A stretch of DNA of 64,000 nt from Planctomycetota bacterium. GTDB taxonomy: Bacteria; Planctomycetota; UBA1135; GCA-002686595. The position numbers and the translations under genes were made by a program. A model generated the notes under the pieces. The model searched no databases. It was not told the DNA's origin and saw only the letters and a program-made list of their open reading frames with translations. Position 1 is the first letter of the stretch; each line of letters opens with the position of its first letter. Shown here in pieces: positions 39,826 through 48,378 of the stretch. Location of the stretch: contig JAPLOF010000028.1 in NCBI GenBank assembly GCA_026692665.1, forward strand, positions 4,708 through 68,707. Direction: 5' to 3'.

Positions 39826-42615
39826 ATGGGACGCAAGCGCAAGGCCGACGAAGAGGCCGACGAACTCGAATTCGACGCACCGCGCGCGGGGACTCGCTCC
39901 ACGGGGCGATGGAACCGCTCCGCCGGTGGCGCGCGGACCGAGAAGAGCTCCGCGCTCGGCACTCGCTGGCGCGAGGTCGCGCGCGGATTCCTGTTCGGCA
40001 AGGAGGTCGACGAAGCGACGAGCTCGCGTCTGCGCGAGATCAGCGGCATCGCCATGGTCGGCTTCGCGGCGTTCCTGATGCTGGCGCTCGCGACGTACGC
40101 GACGCCGTTCGATGATCCCGCCCACCGGAGCTGGAACTGGGCCGGGCAGGTGGGCTTCTACCTCGCGAACGGCGTCAAGATCGCGCTCGGCAACGCGGGC
40201 TTCTTCGTCGTGTTCCTCGTGGGCGCGTGGGGGCTCGTCCTGATCGGCGGACGGTCGGTCTCCTTCGTGTCCCTGCGCGTATTCGGCGCGATCCTGTTCC
40301 TGTTCTCGTTCGCGTTCCTGCTGCAGCACATCGCCGGTCCCGCCGTGGCGGACGTCGGCGCCGGTTACGACAGCCGCATCGCGCCCTACGGCCCGGGCGG
40401 CTGGCTCGCGCTGACCTGGAATCCGTTCCTGGTCGAGAAGTTCGGGAACCTGGGCCTGTTCCTGCTGCTCGTCCTCACCTCGCTCGTGTCGTTCCTCCTG
40501 GCGACCGAGATCGCGTTCCTCTCGGTCCTGAAGAGCTTCGGCGCGTGGCTGGACAAGCGTCGCGAGATCCGCGGCGAGAGCCTGCCGTCGGCCGTCTTCG
40601 GTTACCTGCGCTCGACCGTGTCGGGCCTGTGGTCCTTCGTGCGCGGAGAAGACCTGCGCGGCCGCCTGGCAGCCGAGGGCGGAGCGGTCGTGCTCGACGA
40701 ACCGTCCGCGCTCGTCGACCAGAAACCCCAGCGCAAGCCGCGCGCGAAGAAGGAGCCCGACCCGGAGAACCCGGACGGCCTGCCCGAACTCGACGAGGAC
40801 GACCTCGAGGACGATTTCGAGGAGGAGCTCGAGGAGGACGCCGAGTACGGCGAGGACCTCGACGAGGCGACGCTGGCCGAGCTCGAGGCCGAGGAACGCG
40901 CCGAACTCGCCGCCGCGGGCCTGCTCGAGGAAGCGGAGGAGTCCGACGAGGACGAACCCGCCGAGGACGAGGAGGCAGAGGGCACCGTGCTCGTCCCGCC
41001 TCCCGCCGCGGCCACGTCGAAGCCGACGCCCGTGAAGGCCAAGGTCGCGCAGATGGTCTTCGACCCGCCGACGCCGCCGCCGGGTCCGTGGACGTTCCCG
41101 CCGATCGAGCTGCTCCTGCCGCCCGAGGGGAACCTGGGCCACGACGACAAGGCTCTCGAGGAGTCCGCCGCGAAGCTCGAGAACGCGCTCCGGAGCTTCC
41201 GCGTCGACGCGCAGGTCGTGTCGGCGCAGGTCGGGCCGGCGGTCACGCTGTTCGAGTTGACCGTCGCGCAGGGCACGCGCATGAACAAGGTCTCCACGCT
41301 CAGCCAGGAGATCGCCGCGGCGCTGCGCGCGCAGTCCGTCCGCGTCATCGCGCCCATCCCGGGCCGCGACACGATCGGCGTGGAGGTCCCGAACCTGAAG
41401 CGCCGCGTCGTGCGCATCAGCGAGCTCGTCAGCCAGAAGGCCTACGACCCGAAGTACATGGGTCTGCCGCTCTTCGTGGGCATGGACGCCGAAGGCCGAC
41501 CGATCGTCGAGGACCTGGCGAAGATGCCGCACCTCCTGATCGCCGGCACGACCGGCTCGGGCAAGTCGGTGTGCATCAACACGATCCTCGCGAGCCTCCT
41601 GCTCACGCGGTCGCCGCACGACGTCAAGCTGATCCTGATCGACCCGAAGATGGTCGAGCTGCAGGCCTTCGCGACCGTGCCGCACATGATGTGTCCGGTC
41701 GTGACGGACGCGCGGCAGGCGACGGGCGTCCTCCTGTGGGCCGTCGAGAAGATGGAGGGGCGGTACGAGCTCTTCAAATCGGCCGCGGTCAAGAACGTCA
41801 AGGGCTACAACGCCCTGGGCGAGGAGGGTCTCAAGAAGGTCCTCGGCGACGACTTCGACCCGGAGCGCACGCCGCGCCACCTGCCCTACATCGTGGTCGT
41901 CATCGACGAGTTCGCCGACCTCATGGCGGTCTCGAAGAAGGAAGCCGAGCTGGCCATCACGCGCCTGGCGCAGAAGTCGCGCGCGGCGGGGATCCACGTG
42001 ATCGTCGCGACGCAGCGCCCCTCGACCGACGTCATCACCGGCGTCATCAAGGGCAACCTGCCGACGCGCATCGCGTTCCAGGTCGCGAGCCGCGTCGACA
42101 GCCGGGTCATCCTGGACGAGACGGGCGCCGACAAGCTGCTCGGCTACGGCGACATGCTCTTCATGCCGCCCGGCGGCGGGAAGCTGAAGCGCGTCCAGGG
42201 CGCGATGGTCGAGGACTCCGAGATCACGAAGCTCGTCGAGTTCGTGTCGTCCACCTCGGCGCCGAACTTCAGCCAGGAGCTCATTCAGGTCGCGACGGGC
42301 GAAGCGCGCCCGACCGGCGGCGGGCTCGTCGACGGCGAAGCCGACGAGGACCCGCTCTTCGACGAAGCCGTGCGCGTGGTGCTGAAGAGCAAGCGTGGCT
42401 CGGCTTCCTTGCTGCAGCGCGCGATGGGCGTCGGTTACACGCGCGCCTCGCGCCTCATCGACCTGATGAGCGAGCGCGGCATCCTGGGGCCCCACAAGGG
42501 CAGCAAGGTGCGCGACATCCTGGTCACGTTGGAACAGTGGGAAGAGCTACACGGCCCTTCCCCCGCTGGAAGCGGCGGAGCCTCGGAACGCACGGGAGCA
42601 ATGAACGATGACTGA
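39826..42615 (+). CDS. ftsK: DNA translocase FtsK
   Basis: ATG 39826 (MGRKRKADEE..). It has an N-terminal 4-TM domain, an acidic linker, a motor with Walker A (GTTGSGKS) and Walker B (VVVIDEFADL), and a C-terminal gamma winged helix (SASLLQRAMGVGYTRASRLIDLMSERGILGP). The track start at 38974 is antisense to the TetR gene. Confidence 0.93.
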   Translation: MGRKRKADEEADELEFDAPRAGTRSTGRWNRSAGGARTEKSSALGTRWREVARGFLFGKEVDEATSSRLREISGIAMVGFAAFLMLALATYATPFDDPAHRSWNWAGQVGFYLANGVKIALGNAGFFVVFLVGAWGLVLIGGRSVSFVSLRVFGAILFLFSFAFLLQHIAGPAVADVGAGYDSRIAPYGPGGWLALTWNPFLVEKFGNLGLFLLLVLTSLVSFLLATEIAFLSVLKSFGAWLDKRREIRGESLPSAVFGYLRSTVSGLWSFVRGEDLRGRLAAEGGAVVLDEPSALVDQKPQRKPRAKKEPDPENPDGLPELDEDDLEDDFEEELEEDAEYGEDLDEATLAELEAEERAELAAAGLLEEAEESDEDEPAEDEEAEGTVLVPPPAAATSKPTPVKAKVAQMVFDPPTPPPGPWTFPPIELLLPPEGNLGHDDKALEESAAKLENALRSFRVDAQVVSAQVGPAVTLFELTVAQGTRMNKVSTLSQEIAAALRAQSVRVIAPIPGRDTIGVEVPNLKRRVVRISELVSQKAYDPKYMGLPLFVGMDAEGRPIVEDLAKMPHLLIAGTTGSGKSVCINTILASLLLTRSPHDVKLILIDPKMVELQAFATVPHMMCPVVTDARQATGVLLWAVEKMEGRYELFKSAAVKNVKGYNALGEEGLKKVLGDDFDPERTPRHLPYIVVVIDEFADLMAVSKKEAELAITRLAQKSRAAGIHVIVATQRPSTDVITGVIKGNLPTRIAFQVASRVDSRVILDETGADKLLGYGDMLFMPPGGGKLKRVQGAMVEDSEITKLVEFVSSTSAPNFSQELIQVATGEARPTGGGLVDGEADEDPLFDEAVRVVLKSKRGSASLLQRAMGVGYTRASRLIDLMSERGILGPHKGSKVRDILVTLEQWEELHGPSPAGSGGASERTGAMNDD

Positions 42616-44599
42616 GCGGAAATCCCTGTCCGGGGGTGATTGGCTGGCGATCGGCACGTTCCTCGTCGGGACACTCGTGGCGGTGCTGATGGCCTACGGG
42701 TTGTGGACCGGGGCCGGCGGCGCGGCCGGGACCGGAGCGATGGCGGCGGCGATCGCCGGGGCGGTCGGTCCCTGGCCCGCGCTGATCGGCGGGGCGGGCA
42801 TCGCGCTCCTCGGAGCGCGCGGCTTCCTGACCGGCGAGCGCGCCGGCCTGCTCGCGGGTGTCCTGGGCGTGCTCGGCGTGGCGGCGGGACTCTCGGTCGT
42901 CGCGGGCGCGCTGTCCGAGCTGCGCGGCGGATCGTTCGGCGCCGGGACCGGAGGCCGCATCGCGGAGATGGCGCACCCGGCCGTGGGCGTGCTGCTCGGC
43001 GCGATCGTCGCGTTCGGAGCGGCCTACTTCGCCTGGATGCGCGAGGATCCGGCCGCCGCGGCTCGGCTCGCGCCCGCGCGCCGACTGACGCCCGCGCCGC
43101 CGAAGAGCGACGACGGCGTGACGGCGGCCGAGTCCGCGATGCTCTTCCCCGCCGAGGAGGACGAGCTCTCGCCCGCGCGCCCCATCCCGCCGCCGGCGAA
43201 GCCCGTCAAGCCGCTCTATCCCGAAGACGTGCGCCTGAAGGGCGAGGTGCCGGCGGGCGCGAAGCCGCTCACGCCGCCGATGGCCTACTCCGACGCGCCG
43301 GCGATCCCGGTGGTCCCCGAGCCGGCGGTCTACCGTTGGACGGCGCCGCGCGCCGCCGCGGATCCGACGCGCATCGCGCCCGAGGAAATCGAAGCGCTGG
43401 CCGACACCGAACCTTCGAGCCCGGCGTTCACGCCGTCCGCCGCGGTCGATGCGAACGCGGACGCCGCGGAGGAGGTCGAGGAGCGCCCGATGCCGCCGCG
43501 CCCGACCTGGGAAACCACGGGACTGACCGAGGACGACGAGCCCGTCGACGCCTACGGCACGCCGCTCTCGCTGGTCGAGAAGGCGCGTCGCGATCGCGAC
43601 GAGGTCGAGGACGAGGTCCGCGAGGTCGAGCCCGTCGTCGCCGCGCGGATCCCGCGCGAGATCGGCGAGGTCGACCCGGATGCGCTCGCCGGGGATCGCC
43701 TCGAGGACGAGGAGCAGGACGAGGACGAACCGCTCGTCGTCGCGGACGTGGTCGTGATCGAGGTGGAAGAGGATCTCGCGGCCGCTGGCAAGGCGGAAGC
43801 CGAGCCCGCCGTCCTCACCGTCTCGGACGAAGCCGCCGCGCGGAGCGAGGTCTCGGCACTCCTCGCGCAGCAGGAATCGCTGCTCCAGGAGCTGCGCGCG
43901 AACAACGCCGCCCTGCGCGCCGACCAGGACGTGCAGGACGAGTACGACGAGATCGAGGCCGAGGTCGTGTCCGCTTCGTCGGAGGTCGAGCCGGTCGCCG
44001 TGCTGGAGGCGGCGTTCGACGAGGAGCTCCTGGACGAAGAGGACGAGGTCGAGGAAGAGGTCCTCGAGGTCGTCTCCGTCAGCGTCTCCGAAGGCGAGCT
44101 CGAGGACGAGGCCGAGGAGGCCTTCGAGCTCGAGGAGGAGACCGAACCCGCGCAAGCGGAAGTCGCTCCGGTGCCGGAGCCCGAGCCGGAAGAGGCCGAC
44201 GAGCCCGCGCCCGTGGTCGCCGCGGCGCCGGTCGCGGCCCCGCGCGCGAAGGTCGCGGTCGCCGCTCCGAGCCTCTTCGACGCCGTCGAGACCGAGCCGC
44301 AGGTCGTCCTGCAGCCCCAGGCCGCCGTTCCCGCATCGCGCGCCACGAAGGCGCCCGGCCGCGGCATCGATCCGGAGAAGAAGCTGCTCGTCGAGGTCGG
44401 TTGCATGTTCGTCGAGCGCGGCCGCGTCGCGGTGTCGATGCTGCAGCGCCAGTACGACATGGACTTCGACCAGGCCTGCCGCGTGCTCGACGACCTGCAG
44501 GAGATGGGCCTGATCGGTCCGTACATGGGCGGGAAGAACCGCGAGATCCTGCTCTCGAAGGACCAGTGGCTGGAGAAGGTCGGCGCGGCCGTCGACTGA
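42608..44599 (+). CDS. FtsK-like protein lacking the motor: N-terminal multi-TM region, long acidic linker, C-terminal FtsK-gamma domain
   Basis: ATG 42608 overlaps the ftsK stop by 8 nt. There are 4-5 Gly/Ala-rich TM helices (aa ~10-150), then a ~400-aa Pro/Glu/Asp-rich region. The last ~70 aa (LLVEVGCMFVERGRVAVSMLQRQYDMDFDQACRVLDDLQEMGLIGPYMGGKNREILL) match the FtsK gamma wHTH. No Walker motifs. Confidence 0.7.
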   Translation: MTERKSLSGGDWLAIGTFLVGTLVAVLMAYGLWTGAGGAAGTGAMAAAIAGAVGPWPALIGGAGIALLGARGFLTGERAGLLAGVLGVLGVAAGLSVVAGALSELRGGSFGAGTGGRIAEMAHPAVGVLLGAIVAFGAAYFAWMREDPAAAARLAPARRLTPAPPKSDDGVTAAESAMLFPAEEDELSPARPIPPPAKPVKPLYPEDVRLKGEVPAGAKPLTPPMAYSDAPAIPVVPEPAVYRWTAPRAAADPTRIAPEEIEALADTEPSSPAFTPSAAVDANADAAEEVEERPMPPRPTWETTGLTEDDEPVDAYGTPLSLVEKARRDRDEVEDEVREVEPVVAARIPREIGEVDPDALAGDRLEDEEQDEDEPLVVADVVVIEVEEDLAAAGKAEAEPAVLTVSDEAAARSEVSALLAQQESLLQELRANNAALRADQDVQDEYDEIEAEVVSASSEVEPVAVLEAAFDEELLDEEDEVEEEVLEVVSVSVSEGELEDEAEEAFELEEETEPAQAEVAPVPEPEPEEADEPAPVVAAAPVAAPRAKVAVAAPSLFDAVETEPQVVLQPQAAVPASRATKAPGRGIDPEKKLLVEVGCMFVERGRVAVSMLQRQYDMDFDQACRVLDDLQEMGLIGPYMGGKNREILLSKDQWLEKVGAAVD

Positions 44600-44786
44600 A
44601 GCTCGGCGGACGGGTCGAACAGCGGCGCCGGCGAGAGATCGCTGGCGCCGTGCATTTCGGAGGTGCTGCGCTCGGCACCACGCGGACAGTTCGAGTCGAC
44701 AGTTCCTCGCGGACCGTCCCGCGTCGACCGCGCGCTCCGTCGAAAGCTGCGTTCCCCGAGCGCACCGCACTCGGTAGAAGGGACGC

Positions 44787-45464
44787 ATGCACGTCGTCAG
44801 CGCGCTCCTGGCCGGGACTCCCGGCCTCTCCCACGCGTTCGGCACGCGCAGCGAGCCCATCCCCGAGCCGTTCCTCGCCGACTGGCCCGAGCGTTTCCCG
44901 GCCTGGAAGCAGGTGCACGGCGTCCGGATCGCCGAGGCGCGAGCCGCCCGCGAGGACCTCGGCGAGTGCGACGGGATCGTGTGCTTCGCCCCCGGTCCGC
45001 CGATCGCCGTCACGAGCGCCGATTGCGTGCCGATCCTCGCTGCCCGTCGTGACGGCCGTGCCGTCGCCGCGCTCCACTCGGGTTGGCGCGGCACGTTGGC
45101 GGGAGCGAGCACCGCGCTCGTGCGCGAGCTCGTCCGGCGCGGCGAGGATCCGTCGCGCTGGAGCGCCGCTGTCGGTCCCGCGATCGGTCCCTGCTGCTAC
45201 GAAGTCAGCGTCGAGCTGGCTCGGGATTTCGAGCGCGAGTTCGCACCGATGGGGGACTCGTTCGCCGTCCCCGCCGAGCGTCGGCTCGACCTTCCGGCGA
45301 TCAACGCCTGGCAACTGCGGGACTCCGGGATGGGCGAAGTCGAGATCCTGCGCGCCTGCACGCGTTGCGCGGCGGACGAGTTCGGGAATCCGCTCTACGC
45401 CAGCTATCGCCGCGAAGGCCGCGGGCTGCAACAGCGCTCCGTGATCGTCGCCACCTCGATGTGA
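44787..45464 (+). CDS. pgeF: peptidoglycan editing factor PgeF (YfiH/DUF152, purine nucleoside phosphorylase/laccase-domain family)
   Basis: Motifs are SADCVPI, LHSGWRGT, GPAIGPCCYEV and SYRREG. Confidence 0.85.
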   Translation: MHVVSALLAGTPGLSHAFGTRSEPIPEPFLADWPERFPAWKQVHGVRIAEARAAREDLGECDGIVCFAPGPPIAVTSADCVPILAARRDGRAVAALHSGWRGTLAGASTALVRELVRRGEDPSRWSAAVGPAIGPCCYEVSVELARDFEREFAPMGDSFAVPAERRLDLPAINAWQLRDSGMGEVEILRACTRCAADEFGNPLYASYRREGRGLQQRSVIVATSM

Positions 45465-45688
45465 CGGGAGCACGCCGGCTCGTTCGCGGACCGCGGACTC
45501 GCACTCACGGTCGCTGCATGAGCGCAAGGACCCGATCGCCGTGCGGATTCCGCCGTGGGCATGGCGCGCATCGGCGATCCGCCAGCCCCGATCTCGTAGA
45601 CTCCCGCGGCCGACCGGGGCCCACTCCGCTTCGCGGGCGATCGGCCGGTCGCCGTACACCCGCCGCTCGTAGAAGGACATCTCGCTCC

Positions 45689-46036
45689 ATGGATAAGCTC
45701 GCAGTCGTCGCCCAGGTCGTCATCGCCGTGTCGGTCCTGTACGTGTGGGTCTTCCGCTACGACAACATCGTCAAGGAGTTCCGCGAGTACGGGTTGTCGG
45801 ACCTGTTCCGCTCCATGGTCGGCGCGGCGAAGATCGCGCTGTCGACCCTGTTGCTCGCGGGCATCTGGTATCCCCAACTCGTGCTCGTCCCGGCGCTCGC
45901 CATGGCGGCGCTGATGGCCGGCGCGCAGGCTTCGCACTTCAAGGTGCGGCATCCGTTTCCCGCCTTCGTGCCTTCGCTGGTCCTGCTGCTCCTCTCCCTC
46001 TTCGTCGCTGCCGTGCGCGCGGGACTGATCGCCTGA
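45689..46036 (+). CDS. DoxX-like small membrane protein
   Basis: ATG 45689, 115 aa, four hydrophobic helices, with the DoxX-like motif FREYGLSDLFRSMVGAAKIALSTLLLAG. Confidence 0.6.
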   Translation: MDKLAVVAQVVIAVSVLYVWVFRYDNIVKEFREYGLSDLFRSMVGAAKIALSTLLLAGIWYPQLVLVPALAMAALMAGAQASHFKVRHPFPAFVPSLVLLLLSLFVAAVRAGLIA

Positions 46037-46384
46037 TTGGAGCTGCGAACTCTCCTCGTCGTCGGATCCAGCCTGGCGTTCCTCGGTTACGGCGTTCACT
46101 GCCTGCGGTCCGACTCGATGCGCAGCGAGTTCGCCCGCTACGGCCTGGCGCACCTGCGCGTGCTGACCGGCGTGCTCGAAATCCTCGCCGGAGCGGGACT
46201 GCTCGTCGGCCTCTACTGGCCGCTCGCGCTGCAGGTCTCGTCCGGCGGGCTCGCGCTGCTGATGCTCTTCGCGCTCCTGGCGCGGATCCGTGTCCGCGAC
46301 GCCGTCCTGCTGTGGCTGCCGGCATTCACGCTCTTCGTGGTCAACGGGTACATCCTCCTGGATTCGTTGGGCACGCTCGGCTGA
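46037..46384 (+). CDS. DoxX-like small membrane protein (tandem paralog)
   Basis: TTG 46037 immediately follows the TGA of the previous gene. 115 aa with the same architecture (FARYGLAHLRVLTGVLEILAGAGLLVG). The start codon is uncertain. Confidence 0.55.
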   Translation: MELRTLLVVGSSLAFLGYGVHCLRSDSMRSEFARYGLAHLRVLTGVLEILAGAGLLVGLYWPLALQVSSGGLALLMLFALLARIRVRDAVLLWLPAFTLFVVNGYILLDSLGTLG

Positions 46385-46532
46385 TCGTCGCTCGGCCTCC
46401 GAGCGCCTCCACGGATCACTGCCGCGCGAGGGCGCGTGTCGCGGTCCCCGGCCTCCGAGCGTGGCCGGAAAACGTCCCGTCCCGCTGCTTCTCAGAATCG
46501 GCTCGAATTCCCGCGGTGACCGCGCGTGCCCG

Positions 46533-48197
46533 TCACGGAGTCCACGACACGCTGACGCCGTTCGTCAGGTTCGAGTGCGCTCCGCCGCAGAATCCGGACA
46601 CGTCGCGGTACGCGAGCTGGTAGTGACGCAGCGCGCCCGCCGCCGGGATCGATCCCGCGGCCGAGAGCGGCGGGTCGCCGGGCAACGGGTACGTCCATCC
46701 GCCGCTGTTGGCCGGGCGGGTGGCGATGCGCAGCAGGCTGCCGCCCACGCATTGCACGCCGGCCCCGAAGGGAGCGGCGGGGACTGTCGAGGAACCCTGG
46801 AACAGGACGGCGGTCGTCGCGAGCGGGAGGCCGCGCGCGCGCAACACGAGGCTCACCGCGGAGAGGTTCGCCGACCCGGTCGCGACGAGCTGCGTCCCAC
46901 AGTTCAACGCGCTGTTCTCGCACCCCGAGCCGGCGATCAGCAGGCTGTCGTCGTAGCACGGCGCGCATAGGTCGTTGCTCCAGGTGGCCACGCAGATCGA
47001 CGGGTAGGTGGCGGGCAGCAGCCGGAATTCCCACACGCGTCCCGTGCCCAGGGCTTGCGGCGTGCCGAGGAACACGCGATCGCCGACCAGCAGCGTCGGA
47101 CCCATGTAGCTCGACGTGGCGAGCGCGTCCGGCGCGACGATCTTCGTCTGCAGCGACCACTGCCCGGCCTCGCGTCGGAACACGTAGATGGAGCCCATGA
47201 ACGCCCCGGCCTCGTCGTCGCCCCGGCTGGAGACGATGGCCGTGTCCTGATCCAGGTGCACGTCGCTCGCGAACGACGTGCTCGGCCGGCAATCCCGCAG
47301 GGACATGTCCTCGGCCCAACCCGAGGGACCGTGCTTCCAGAAGAACGCCCCGCCCTCGTCGGTGCCGACGAAGTCCGCGCCGCTGCAGCCCGCGAGCAGC
47401 GTGTCCTGCTGCAGCGCGATGGACGACCCGAGGCCGTCGCCCGCGAGGCGCGCGGGGAGGAGCTTCACGTCCAGGAGCCAGCTCGTCCCCGCCCAGTCGT
47501 AGAGGTAGACACCGCCCGGCATGGGGAACAGGGTCGAATTCGCGCCGATCGCGAGCCGCGGTCCGTCGCTGGAGAGCGTCTGGCCGAACCACAGGTTCTG
47601 CACCGGGTCCGGCGGGACGATCGTCTGCCCGAGGACCCAACCGCCGCCGACATGGTCGAAGCGGTACACGACGCCGGCTCCCGAGTTGCCGTTCGGCGCG
47701 CTGACGAGGATGCGCTCGTCGAGGACGACGACCTGGGTTCCGAAGAGCGGATTCGTGTCCGCCACGGGGACGGGGATGGTCGCCTCCTGCGTCCAGGTCG
47801 TGCCCGTGCGGCGGAACACGTGCACGCGACCGAGCGGATTTCCGCCCGGCTGGTGGTGCGGAGACCCGACGGCCACGAGGTCACCGCGGATCGCGACGGA
47901 GGAGCCGAAGGAGTCCTGCGTGATCCCGTTGCCCGGAACGAGGCGCGCTTGTTGGCTCCACGTGCCTCCCGCGCGGACGTACACGTACGCCGCGCCGGTT
48001 CTCGCCACGACGCCGTCCGCATTGGCCGCGCCGACGATCAGCGAGTCCTGGTCGACGGCCAGGCTGCCGCCGAAGAACTCGAGCGTGGCGGCGGGATCGA
48101 AGTGGTGCAGCACTTCCGAACTCCACTGCGCGGTCGCGCGGGGGAGCGGGAGGAGCGTGGCGATCGCCAGATAGGTGATCCGAAGCGAAGCGTGCAT
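46533..48197 (-). CDS. secreted 7-blade FG-GAP-like beta-propeller protein with shared Cys-rich C-terminal domain (CTD family member 2, divergent)
   Basis: ATG 48197 preceded by GGAGG, with signal peptide MHASLRITYLAIATLLPLPRATAQ. Seven repeats of the FGxSVA..GD.LVVGA....G..G.VYVF.R.G..W type are present. The last 153 aa (46533-46994) are C..CAPC..GCENS..LFQGS..FGAGVQCVGG..YQLAYRD..FCG..SNLTNG..W-T-P-end. Confidence 0.8.
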   Translation of the reverse strand: MHASLRITYLAIATLLPLPRATAQWSSEVLHHFDPAATLEFFGGSLAVDQDSLIVGAANADGVVARTGAAYVYVRAGGTWSQQARLVPGNGITQDSFGSSVAIRGDLVAVGSPHHQPGGNPLGRVHVFRRTGTTWTQEATIPVPVADTNPLFGTQVVVLDERILVSAPNGNSGAGVVYRFDHVGGGWVLGQTIVPPDPVQNLWFGQTLSSDGPRLAIGANSTLFPMPGGVYLYDWAGTSWLLDVKLLPARLAGDGLGSSIALQQDTLLAGCSGADFVGTDEGGAFFWKHGPSGWAEDMSLRDCRPSTSFASDVHLDQDTAIVSSRGDDEAGAFMGSIYVFRREAGQWSLQTKIVAPDALATSSYMGPTLLVGDRVFLGTPQALGTGRVWEFRLLPATYPSICVATWSNDLCAPCYDDSLLIAGSGCENSALNCGTQLVATGSANLSAVSLVLRARGLPLATTAVLFQGSSTVPAAPFGAGVQCVGGSLLRIATRPANSGGWTYPLPGDPPLSAAGSIPAAGALRHYQLAYRDVSGFCGGAHSNLTNGVSVSWTP

Positions 48198-48378
48198 GGC
48201 AGGACCTCCAAACCGCGATTGTCGGCCTGCGGCCGCGATCCAGCCATGGGGCGATGTGGGTACCGCGCCGCTCCGCTCTGGACGGCGCGTGGATCGCCTG
48301 CGCCCCGAGCGGCGCACGGGATGCCGCTCGGGCCCGAGCCCGGTGGGGGCAGGCCTTTGCGAGGCCCGCTCGCATCCC

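Noticed and set aside
43552-44655. 367-aa Ser/Ala-rich minus-strand ORF
   Set aside because: It is the antisense reading of the GAG/GAC-rich acidic linker of the FtsK-gamma paralog, a compositional artefact.
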